Shown here: positions 8,874 to 17,794 of the stretch, piece after piece
Position numbering within the stretch: position 1 is the first letter of the stretch
Layout: the number at the start of each line of letters is the position of its first letter
Virus record (IMG/VR): IMGVR_UViG_2884371665_000002
Reading direction: 5' to 3' (one strand)
Length of the DNA: 64,000 nt
Source of the DNA: a virus
Taxonomy: Duplodnaviria; Caudoviricetes
The notes under the pieces: model-generated
Databases searched by the model: none
The model's input: the letters and a program-made list of their open reading frames with translations, nothing else
Told to the model about the DNA's origin: nothing
Translations under genes and position numbers: made by a program

Positions 8874-9004
8874 TATAGGTCAGCCGTTGGTTGATCAACG
8901 ATCTGCCGTCACCGGCAGGCCTTCGGGGGGAGATAGGTAGAGCCTGAGGGCAATGGTGTGGATAGAAGCGAGTATTACCAGATCAACTTTGACCTGGTAA
9001 ACTT

Positions 9005-9078
9005 GGCAGGATAGCTCAGTTGGTAGAGCATGACTCTTTAAAAGTCAAGGTCGCTGGTTCGATCCCCGCTCCTCGCCA
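9005..9078 (+). tRNA. tRNA with UUA anticodon (ochre-suppressor-like or Lys-derived), imperfect acceptor and T stems
   Basis: GGCAGGA-TA-GCTC AGTTGGTA GAGC-A-TGACT CTTTAAA AGTCA-AGGTC-GCTGG TTCGATC CCCGC-TCCT(C)GCC-A; anticodon TTA at 9038-9040. Confidence 0.8.
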
Positions 9079-9495
9079 CTACGGTAGGATTCCACTTGCC
9101 GTTTTGATGAAAATATAATCATGCGAAATCCATTCGCCCGCTATTTCTACACCCCACCCTAACTATGTAGGTGGTCATATCGCCCCCGGATGCCTGGTCT
9201 GAGTTGCAAATCAGATCAGTCGAATGCTTACGCGCATCCCGTACCTGCTATACCCTCGAAAAAAAATCGATTCGAGAGTTGATCGGGAAGACTATGTCAT
9301 TTCTGATTAGCCTTTTTTTTGGGACCCGATTTGCAGTTATTCGGTTAGGGTAGAGTATGTAAAAAAGTTAATCTGGTTAATCTAGGGTTCTACCGTTACT
9401 CAACCTCGTTAACAGGTTAACAGGTTAACTGAGTTAGGGCGCGCGAAAAAATCGAAACCGATTCCCCTCTCATCTAGTCCCTAACACCCATCACA

Positions 9496-10260
9496 TTGGC
9501 TCAACGCGCACCTAGTAGGGCGCATCTTTCCCAAATTTATCTCGCTATGAAATCCTCCGGCACAATTGCTCGCAAGCCCAATACCGGTATACCAAAATTC
9601 GAAGCCGATCCGATCAACAGCACCTTTCGCTGGGAGCTATATCTGACTGCTGGTCGTAAAGGCAATAGCGTCCCTTTAATGGATGGCTATAGCAAAGGCA
9701 TGGGCTTTGAGAATACCAACAGGCTAGAATTGCTTTATAAAAAATTGATTAACCCTGTTTTACCCTATTTAACTCGCTGTGATTTGATCGTCATTTATGA
9801 AAACGATAGACGTATTCTCAAGCAGCTTCAACCTAAAATTCTCGAGCTCTATCCTCACGACTTTGTTGCTCATGGCTGGGTCAAGGAAACTGCCGTTATA
9901 ACCGATTTTCTTTCGACGTATTACAATGAATATGTGCATACCGGTATAATGCCACCAATTGAGGATCGTCGGAAAAATGTACGTCAGACGGTCTATTTCG
10001 CCGAATTAGATCACAGCAAACAAAATTTTGAAACGTTGGAGCAACTACGAGCATTCTGCGAGTCCAAATTTTCCAAATACTCAGCTCAGTGCATGACTGG
10101 CTGGTTTTACCGACACGCCGACTTCCAACCTGAATTATTTGAGGCAGATAAAAGTGAAGCCTTAGCCCATACAATACACACAGCCAGTACTTTGGAGGCT
10201 GCTCAGGCCGCTCAAGTTGGTTTAAATAGTTTGTATGGAAAACACGCCAGTAAACGCTGA
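9496..10260 (+). CDS. Hypothetical protein (probable ATG start at 9547)
   Basis: Long ORF; no motif recognised. Confidence 0.6.
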   Translation: MAQRAPSRAHLSQIYLAMKSSGTIARKPNTGIPKFEADPINSTFRWELYLTAGRKGNSVPLMDGYSKGMGFENTNRLELLYKKLINPVLPYLTRCDLIVIYENDRRILKQLQPKILELYPHDFVAHGWVKETAVITDFLSTYYNEYVHTGIMPPIEDRRKNVRQTVYFAELDHSKQNFETLEQLRAFCESKFSKYSAQCMTGWFYRHADFQPELFEADKSEALAHTIHTASTLEAAQAAQVGLNSLYGKHASKR

Positions 10261-10269
10261 GAATGAGCC

Positions 10270-10617
10270 ATGTTAACACTCAAGCTGTATCCAATAGATG
10301 TGCTCGTGATGATTGGTTATCTACGCGCTAATCTCAATGGTCAGGATCAAGTACCTCTGGTCCACAAATCAGTTAACACGCTTGTGTTATTAAATTATCT
10401 CAAAAGCTGGAAAACCCTAAAAATGATCAGCTGGAGTCAGCGACGAGCCGATAAACTCTATTCGTTTTCTATGCCGGAGGTAGTCGCTAAAGCTTTATAC
10501 TTGGATATGCTGTCGATGGTCCTCACCAGTCATCAACAACTTTTTCTGGGTAAGCTGGACCATGCAATTGTCAATTATCAGATCCCCATTACCCAGATGT
10601 ATAACATTGGGGAGTAA
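10270..10617 (+). CDS. Hypothetical protein
   Basis: Follows the previous gene and precedes a terminator. Confidence 0.55.
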   Translation: MLTLKLYPIDVLVMIGYLRANLNGQDQVPLVHKSVNTLVLLNYLKSWKTLKMISWSQRRADKLYSFSMPEVVAKALYLDMLSMVLTSHQQLFLGKLDHAIVNYQIPITQMYNIGE

Positions 10618-10650
10618 TTCCTTTTATATTATTCTTTTCAACTTTATATA

Positions 10651-10680
10651 AAGCCAGACAGCCTTGTAGTCTGGCTTTCT
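10651..10680 (+). terminator. Intrinsic terminator ending the early operon
   Basis: aagccagac...gtctggctt stem followed by tct. Confidence 0.6.
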
Positions 10681-10846
10681 GCTAGTTTAACTAACAGAGG
10701 CTTTATCCTTGGCAGCCGTTTATTAAATTAATGGTTTTTTGAAGTGATTCAATAATGATTATAGAAACAAAAACTACTTTATTACAACATCACAATAACC
10801 CAAAAAATTATATTTTTTTATTCTTTTACTTTAGAATCCACACACT

Positions 10847-13800
10847 ATGTCCGAACTAGCCCTAAAACTGGTTAAAGCAAATAGAAGAACTAAAGCAAAA
10901 TTCCTGGATCTTGGAAACTGTGGTATAGTTGGTGAAGTACCGGAAGAAATAGGAGATTGTATCTGGTTGGAAGAGTTGTCATTTTCTCAAGAATGGTATA
11001 ATTTCAATTCCCTAAATTCAACATCCAATATTGGCTTACCAAACAAAATTGACAGCTTACCTCCATCTTTTATTAAATTAACTAACTTAAAAAACCTTTG
11101 GATAAATGGAAGCGAAAGTAATAAATGGGGATTAAAAGATTTATCTCTACTTAAAACTCTCACAAAGTTACAACAGCTTACTTGCTCTTTTACTGAAGTG
11201 CAAAGCTTGCTTCCACTTAATAGTTTATTACATCTAAAATTACTCTACTGTGATGAGACGCAGGTCAGCGACCTGTCTCCCTTAGCCAACTTAACTCAGC
11301 TAAAACTGGTATCTTTTGACAAGACTGCCATTGCTGATCTGTCTCCCTTAGCAGGACTATCCTCGCTTGAAAAATTATACTGTGATGAGACGCAAGTCAA
11401 CGACTTGTCTCCCTTAGTTAACTTAACCCAGCTTAAGATTCTATCTTTTGACAAGACTGCCATTGCTGATCTGTCTCCCTTAGCAGGACTATCCTTGCTT
11501 GAAAAATTTTATTGTACTGAGACGCAAGTCAGCGACCTGTCTCCCTTAGTTAACTTAACCCAACTTACTATTCTTAGTTGTTCCACGACTACCATTGCTG
11601 ATCTGTCCCCCCTAGCGGGACTATCCTTGCTTGAAAAATTATACTGTATTGAGACACAGGTTAGCGACTTATCCCTCTTAGCCAACTTAACCCAACTTAC
11701 TATTCTTAGTTGTTCCAAGACTACCATTGCCGATCTGTCCCCATTATCGAACCTAACCTTGCTTGAAGAATTATACTGTGATGAGACGCAAGTCAACGAC
11801 TTGTCTCCCTTAGCCAACTTAACCCAACTTACTCTTCTTAGTTGTTCCAAGACTACCATTGCCGATCTGTCCCCATTATCGAACCTAACCTTGCTTGAAA
11901 AATTATACTGTGATGAGACGCAAGTCAACGACTTGTCTCCCTTAGCCAACTTAACTCAGCTAAAACTGGTATCTTTTGACAAGACTGCCATTGCTGATCT
12001 GTCTCCCTTAGCAGGACTATCCTTGCTTGAAAAATTTTATTGTACTGAGACGCAAGTCAGCGACCTGTCTCCCTTAGTTAACTTAACCCAACTTACTATT
12101 CTTAGTTGTTCCACGACTACCATTGCTGATCTGTCCCCCCTAGCGGGACTATCCTTGCTTGAAAAATTATACTGTATTGAGACACAGGTTAGCGACTTAT
12201 CCCTCTTAGCCAACTTAACCCAACTTACTATTCTTAGTTGTTCCAAGACTACCATTGCCGATCTGTCCCCATTATCGAACCTAACCCTGCTTGAAGAATT
12301 ATACTGTGATGAGACGCAAGTCAACGACTTGTCTCCCTTAGCCAACTTAACCCAACTTACTCTTCTTAGTTGTTCCAAGACTACCATTGCCGATCTGTCC
12401 CCATTATCGAACCTAACCTTGCTTGAAAAATTATACTGTGATGAGACGCAAGTCAACGACTTGTCTCCCTTAGCCAACTTAACCCAACTTACTCTTCTTA
12501 GTTGTTCCAAGACTACCATTGCCGATCTGTCCCCATTATCGAACCTAACCTTGCTTGAAAAATTATACTGTGATGAGACGCAAGTCAACGACTTGTCTCC
12601 CTTAGCCAACTTAACTCAGCTAAAACTGGTATCTTTTGACAAGACTACCATTGCTGATCTGTCTCCCTTAGCAGGACTATGCTCGCTTGAAAAATTTTAT
12701 TGTACTGAGACGCAAGTCAGCGACCTGTCTCCCTTAGTTAACTTAACCCAACTTACTCTTCTTAGTTGTTCCAAGACTACCATTGCCGATCTGTCCCCAA
12801 TATCGAACCTAACCCTGCTTGAAGAATTATACTGTGATGAGACGCAAGTCAGCGACCTGTCTCCCTTAGCGAACTTAACTCAGCTAAAGATTCTATCTTT
12901 TGACAAGACTACCATTGCTGATCTGTCCCCCCTTGCGGGACTATCCTCGCTTGAAAATTTTTTTTGTGCTGAGACGCAAGTCAGCGACTTGTCTCCCTTA
13001 GCCAACTTAACTCAGCTAAAACTGGTATCTTTTGGCAAGACTACCATTACCGATCTGTCCCCATTATCGAACCTAACCCTGCTTGAAGAATTATACTGTG
13101 ATGAGACGCAGGTCTGCGACTTGTCCCCCTTAGCCAACTTAACCCAATTAAAGATTCTTACTTGTCGAAAAATTGCTATTGCTGATCTGTCTCCCTTAGC
13201 AGGACTATCCTTGCTTGAAAAAATAAACTGTAACGAGACGCAAGTCAACGACTTATCTCCTTTAGTTAACTTAACTCAGCTAAAACTGGTATCTTTTGAC
13301 AAGACTGCCATTGCTGATCTGTCTCCCTTAGCAGGACTATCCTTGCTTGAAAAATTTTATTGTACTGAGACGCAAGTCAGCGACCTGTCTCCCTTAGTTA
13401 ACTTAACCCAGCTAAAACTGGTAGCTTTTGACAAGACTACCATTGCTGATCTGTCTCCCTTAGCAGGACTATCCTTGCTTGAAAAATTTTATTGTACTGA
13501 GACGCAAGTCAGCGATCTGTCCCCCTTAGCCAACTTAACCCAACTTACTATTCTTAGTTGTTCCAAGACTACCATTGCTGATCTGTCCCCCCTTGCGGGA
13601 CTATCCTCGCTTGAAAAATTATACTGTATTGAGACACAGGTTAGCGACTTATCCCCCTTAGCCAACTTAACTCAACTAAAGGTTCTTAATTGTCGAAAAA
13701 TTGCTATTGCTGATCTGTCCCCATTATCGAACCTAACCTTGCTTGAAGAATTATACTGTTCTGAGACGCAGGTTAGCAATCTATCTCCATTAGTCGATCT

Positions 13801-16378
13801 AACCAATCTGAAGGTCCTATCATGTAGCAATAACTCCGTTGAAGATTTGTCGCCCTTAGCCGGCCTAACCCTGCTTGAAAAAATATACTGTGATGAGACA
13901 CAGATTAAAGATCTATCCGCTTTATCAGGCTTAAGTCTGCTAAAGCAATTGTCTTTCCCTCGAACATTAGTCAGGGACTTATCACCTTTACGCTGCCTAA
14001 TAAATTTAGAGGAAATTTCTTGTTATGATACAAAAGTTGAGGATCTATCTCCATTATCTGCTTGTACTCAATTAAGAATATTATATTGTTACAAAACGCC
14101 CATTAAAACTTTATCATCTATTACCTGGATTAACTTTAATAAGCTCACAAACCTATCAATATCGCAGACCCAAGTTGATGATCTTTCACCAATTCTTCCG
14201 TTGCTCGAAAAAGGATTATCTGTGAACTGGAAATTATGGGGAGATGGTATTCATATAAGGGATTGCCCACTTATTGAACCTCCATCTGAAATTGCTAAGC
14301 AGGGGAATGAAGCCATTTTGCGCTATTTTGAGGCCAAAAATCAGCAGGGCGAAGAAAAATTATATGAAGCAAAAATTGTCATTGTTGGTGCTGGTGAATC
14401 AGGGAAAACTACGCTCATTCAGAAACTTCTTGATCCTACCCACCAAGTACCAAACTTAGAAGATAAACGCACGGAAGGAATTAAGGTAAATTCTTATGCA
14501 TTTATCAGGCGAATAGAAGGTCAGCCCAAATTCTTACAGGCAAATCTTTGGGATTTTGGTGGTCAGGAGCTTTATCATACAACCCACCAACTGTTTTTAA
14601 CACCAGATACTCTCTACATATTATTAAATGATAATCGAAAAAACGACACAGACTTTTACTATTGGCTCAATATAGTTACCCTTCGAGCCAGCAAAAAATG
14701 TCCAATCTTACTGGTTTTTAATGCTAAAGACAATGCCGTCCGTCAGATTGTTTTAAGTGATGAATTATTTTTTGCATTTGAAAATCTTGTTCCGCAAGTC
14801 ATAGATGTCAATTTTGCAGATAAGGATCTAACTAAAGTCCATGGAATGAGAGAACTTATTGAAGAAAATTTCTCTCAGCTTGACGTACTCGGTAAGGCCT
14901 TTCCCGCTTACTGGGTAAAAGTGCGCGAAATGCTAGGTAAATTAACCGACGAACACATCAGTTGGGCACGATTTGCTCAAATCTGTAATCAATGCGAAGT
15001 TGAGGACGATCAACAAATGCGTATTTTAGCTCAAACGCTACATAACTTAGGAGTAATACTTTATTTCCCAGATGTCTTTGGGTTGGAGTATTTAATTATT
15101 CTGAAAATGCAATGGTGTATTGATGCAATTTATGGTGCCTTAGATACCCAAGAGATTATAAACAATAATGGGCGTTTCAATGAAGATGTCTTGGCTCGCA
15201 AATGGTCGGACAATCGATTTTCTGGCAACAGATTGCAATTGCTCAAGCTCATGCAGCATTTCGATCTGTGTTATCCAGTAGAAGGTACTTCTAATTTTAT
15301 AGCTCCACAATTACTTCCGCTGGAAGGGATTCGCGACTCTGCCTTTCCTACTAATGGAATAATTATACACCAGTTTACTTATACATTTATGCCTGCTGGT
15401 ATGCTCACTCGATTAATTGCCCGATTGAGCCGCTACATTAAAACACCGTATGTCTGGCGTATGGGGGTAACCCTTCAATGGGATGAAGGAACGATCGCAG
15501 AAATAATTGAAAATCAGTATTCTCGTCAGATTGTTATTCGCGTCGCGGGTACCGAACGTAAACGCAGACTCGCAGAAATTCGTAAGACGCTTTATGATCT
15601 TCACAAAAACTTTCTTGGATTAAAGTTTGATGAATTAGTAGCCTGTAACTGCCCGGACTGTATCGACAGCTCGACTCCTACTACGTTTCCCTTGCATGAA
15701 TTAGAGCAAGATGCTGAAGATAACGACGAGGTAAAATGTAGAAATGGCCAAAGAAAAAAAATTCCAGCCCATCAGATTCTTGATGGAATTGAATACTTTG
15801 ATAAACCCCGAGTTTTCATCTCCTACTCGCACAAAAACGAAGACTTAAAAGGTGAATTCCGCACAATGATTGCTCCATTGGAGCGGGAAGGTCACTGGAA
15901 AATCTGGGATGATCGGTGGTTATTACCAGGAGATCAATGGAATAAAGAAATTATGCGACATCTGGCAGAAGCCAATGTGATTGTGTTGATGTTGACGGCT
16001 GATTTTTTTGATTCAGATTATATCTATGATATTGAAATGTCCCGAGCTATTCAACGTCACGAATCTGGGGAGGCCTTGGTTATTGGTATTGTCGTCAGTG
16101 ACTGTATGTGGGAAGAGACGCCGCTCGCAAAAATCCAGATGATTCCCAAAGACGGACAACCTGTTGTACGTTTTGCTAATCGAGCTGAAATCTGGAAAAC
16201 TGTAGCAAATAAAATAAAGGAAACTTTAGCCATTCGGGAGGGAAAGAGAAAACGTAAAAGCGGGTGGGACCTAGAAAAATTAAACAAATTAAATTTACTA
16301 GAACCCTCTTTTGTCATCAATAGCAACATAGCGATCTCAGATATCCGCCAAGCTAGCCTGCATGGCAGATTTGATTGA
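10847..16378 (+). CDS. Roco-family protein: LRR array - Roc GTPase - COR - TIR
   Basis: About 45 22-aa LRRs; P-loop GAGESGKTT (from 14387); WDFGGQ (G3); LVFNAKD (G4-like); COR-like HNLGVILYF / PAGMLTRLIARL; TIR RVFISYSH...IWDD...SDYIYDIEM from 15800. Confidence 0.92.
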   Translation: MSELALKLVKANRRTKAKFLDLGNCGIVGEVPEEIGDCIWLEELSFSQEWYNFNSLNSTSNIGLPNKIDSLPPSFIKLTNLKNLWINGSESNKWGLKDLSLLKTLTKLQQLTCSFTEVQSLLPLNSLLHLKLLYCDETQVSDLSPLANLTQLKLVSFDKTAIADLSPLAGLSSLEKLYCDETQVNDLSPLVNLTQLKILSFDKTAIADLSPLAGLSLLEKFYCTETQVSDLSPLVNLTQLTILSCSTTTIADLSPLAGLSLLEKLYCIETQVSDLSLLANLTQLTILSCSKTTIADLSPLSNLTLLEELYCDETQVNDLSPLANLTQLTLLSCSKTTIADLSPLSNLTLLEKLYCDETQVNDLSPLANLTQLKLVSFDKTAIADLSPLAGLSLLEKFYCTETQVSDLSPLVNLTQLTILSCSTTTIADLSPLAGLSLLEKLYCIETQVSDLSLLANLTQLTILSCSKTTIADLSPLSNLTLLEELYCDETQVNDLSPLANLTQLTLLSCSKTTIADLSPLSNLTLLEKLYCDETQVNDLSPLANLTQLTLLSCSKTTIADLSPLSNLTLLEKLYCDETQVNDLSPLANLTQLKLVSFDKTTIADLSPLAGLCSLEKFYCTETQVSDLSPLVNLTQLTLLSCSKTTIADLSPISNLTLLEELYCDETQVSDLSPLANLTQLKILSFDKTTIADLSPLAGLSSLENFFCAETQVSDLSPLANLTQLKLVSFGKTTITDLSPLSNLTLLEELYCDETQVCDLSPLANLTQLKILTCRKIAIADLSPLAGLSLLEKINCNETQVNDLSPLVNLTQLKLVSFDKTAIADLSPLAGLSLLEKFYCTETQVSDLSPLVNLTQLKLVAFDKTTIADLSPLAGLSLLEKFYCTETQVSDLSPLANLTQLTILSCSKTTIADLSPLAGLSSLEKLYCIETQVSDLSPLANLTQLKVLNCRKIAIADLSPLSNLTLLEELYCSETQVSNLSPLVDLTNLKVLSCSNNSVEDLSPLAGLTLLEKIYCDETQIKDLSALSGLSLLKQLSFPRTLVRDLSPLRCLINLEEISCYDTKVEDLSPLSACTQLRILYCYKTPIKTLSSITWINFNKLTNLSISQTQVDDLSPILPLLEKGLSVNWKLWGDGIHIRDCPLIEPPSEIAKQGNEAILRYFEAKNQQGEEKLYEAKIVIVGAGESGKTTLIQKLLDPTHQVPNLEDKRTEGIKVNSYAFIRRIEGQPKFLQANLWDFGGQELYHTTHQLFLTPDTLYILLNDNRKNDTDFYYWLNIVTLRASKKCPILLVFNAKDNAVRQIVLSDELFFAFENLVPQVIDVNFADKDLTKVHGMRELIEENFSQLDVLGKAFPAYWVKVREMLGKLTDEHISWARFAQICNQCEVEDDQQMRILAQTLHNLGVILYFPDVFGLEYLIILKMQWCIDAIYGALDTQEIINNNGRFNEDVLARKWSDNRFSGNRLQLLKLMQHFDLCYPVEGTSNFIAPQLLPLEGIRDSAFPTNGIIIHQFTYTFMPAGMLTRLIARLSRYIKTPYVWRMGVTLQWDEGTIAEIIENQYSRQIVIRVAGTERKRRLAEIRKTLYDLHKNFLGLKFDELVACNCPDCIDSSTPTTFPLHELEQDAEDNDEVKCRNGQRKKIPAHQILDGIEYFDKPRVFISYSHKNEDLKGEFRTMIAPLEREGHWKIWDDRWLLPGDQWNKEIMRHLAEANVIVLMLTADFFDSDYIYDIEMSRAIQRHESGEALVIGIVVSDCMWEETPLAKIQMIPKDGQPVVRFANRAEIWKTVANKIKETLAIREGKRKRKSGWDLEKLNKLNLLEPSFVINSNIAISDIRQASLHGRFD
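11138..14197 (+). repeat. Tandem 66-bp LRR-coding repeat array with higher-order 132-bp and 528-bp duplications
   Basis: 11442-11955 is repeated nearly exactly at 11970-12483; alternating LYCxETQVxDLSPL and SCSKTTIADLSPL/SFDKTAIADLSPL units. Confidence 0.9.
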
Positions 16379-16499
16379 GTCGTCTCAATTACACGTTAGT
16401 TTAATTTGAATTCGTTGCACGGCATAATATTGCAGTATTCTGCCATTATAATCAGTGCATTTTAAATCTACACTTATAAATTAAAACTGTTTTAAACAT

Positions 16500-16982
16500 A
16501 TGGATAAGCCCCGAATTTTTATCTCTTACGCCCACAAAAATGAAGATCTGAAAAATGAATTTCGGAGCATGATTCGTCCATTGGAACGGGAAGGTCACTG
16601 GCAGGTCTGGGATGACCGCTGGCTGCTTCCAGGTGATAACTGGAATGAAGAAATTATGCGACATCTGGCAGAAGCGAATGTAATCGTTCTGATGCTGACA
16701 GCCGCCTTTTTTGATTCCGATTACATTTATGACGTCGAAATGACAAATGCTATTCAACGCCACATAGATGGCGATGCACTCATGATTGGTGTTGTTGTAG
16801 ATGACTGCCTGTGGGAAAAAACTCCACTTCGATCAATTCAGATACTTCCTAAAGATGCATTGCCTGTTTCGCGCTCGCTAAATAGAAATGAAATCTGGAA
16901 AACCATTGCCAATACAATCCAGCATACTTTCGCTGTTCGGTCAGGTGATCAAAAAAGAAAAGGAGGATGGAATTCCATTTGA
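16500..16982 (+). CDS. Stand-alone TIR-domain protein, paralog of the Roco TIR
   Basis: DKPRIFISYAHKNEDLK...WDDRWLLPGD...FFDSDYIYDVEM aligns without gaps to the Roco C-terminus. Confidence 0.9.
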   Translation: MDKPRIFISYAHKNEDLKNEFRSMIRPLEREGHWQVWDDRWLLPGDNWNEEIMRHLAEANVIVLMLTAAFFDSDYIYDVEMTNAIQRHIDGDALMIGVVVDDCLWEKTPLRSIQILPKDALPVSRSLNRNEIWKTIANTIQHTFAVRSGDQKRKGGWNSI

Positions 16983-17137
16983 TTTGATTTGATTTGATTT
17001 CATTTTAACATCTTATCCGATTTCAAAATTTACTAAAAAAAGCATCTTTAAAAAAAATTTTGAAGTTTTATTCTCGCTAAAGTTTACTTATTTCTGGTTA
17101 TCTTTCCAGTAATTTTCCAATACTCTCCGTAACTATA

Positions 17138-17722
17138 ATGTACTTCTCTGAACCAGTACTTTTCGAGATCCCGGTACGTCCGCGGATTAGAAAGTACATC
17201 GCCGTCAAACTCCAGGGCGCGGACGGCCGCCCACAGCCCCTGCTGGTTACTCCAGACGCTCAGGGAGCCGGCCTGATGCTTTGGGCAATGGCGCAATCTG
17301 AAAAAGTTATGCTGCAAACCGGTTGGCGACGAGGAGCGGCCGGAAAAAACTTTCTTCAGGACGGTTCGGGCCGCATCATTGCTCCCCTCGACATGACTGA
17401 GCGCCTAGGGCTTGGTATCAGTGAGTTTCACAAATCACGCCACCAGTATCTTTTGAACCACGCTGAGCTGGAGGTCTTTTCTCAGTTTGTTGATTACATC
17501 ATTCTCAACGAAATGGTGTCGTTTTGCCAGCAGGATCAATCGAGTCCCCCCCTGTTACTCATCAAGCAGTTCACCGATCGGTACGATTTTTCGGAAGATG
17601 ATCTCAACGAAGGATCCCTGCGCGTTGCCTATTGGCGATTCCGAAAAGGACTTGCGGCAACCAACTTCGATGTTCGCGTTACCCAACTTCAGCATTTTGT
17701 GGCCTACGAAATGGCCGCCTAA
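17138..17722 (+). CDS. Conserved phage protein, candidate late transcription regulator
   Basis: IPVRPRIRKYI N-terminus and IKQFTDRYDFSEDDLNEGSLRVAYWRFRK helical C-terminus. Its stop abuts the first 18-bp box. Confidence 0.5.
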   Translation: MYFSEPVLFEIPVRPRIRKYIAVKLQGADGRPQPLLVTPDAQGAGLMLWAMAQSEKVMLQTGWRRGAAGKNFLQDGSGRIIAPLDMTERLGLGISEFHKSRHQYLLNHAELEVFSQFVDYIILNEMVSFCQQDQSSPPLLLIKQFTDRYDFSEDDLNEGSLRVAYWRFRKGLAATNFDVRVTQLQHFVAYEMAA

Positions 17723-17769
17723 GTCATCACGCCTGTAACGGGCAATCCCCATGGCAGACAATAGGTTTA
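17723..17769 (+). promoter_or_regulatory. Late-promoter box 1 (GTCATCACGCCTGTAACG, N22, -7-like element)
   Basis: Exact 18-mer at 17723-17740; taggttta at 17762-17769. Confidence 0.75.
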
Positions 17770-17794
17770 GCCCGAACTAAGCCAATTGTCTGCC

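Noticed and set aside
8957-8965. tgtggatag as a DnaA box (also at 61284)
   Set aside because: It mismatches TTATCCACA, occurs as single unclustered copies, and conservation extends well beyond 9 bp.
11509-13248. Minus-strand ORFs 11509..11949, 12037..12609 and 13012..13248
   Set aside because: Antisense shadows of the repetitive LRR coding sequence.
11138-14197. CRISPR array
   Set aside because: The repeats are in-frame 66-bp coding units with no unique spacers, and there are no cas genes.
16977-16996. (ATTTG)4 microsatellite as a phase-variation switch
   Set aside because: It starts at the TIR stop codon, so copy-number change would barely affect the protein, and it is not within a recognisable promoter.
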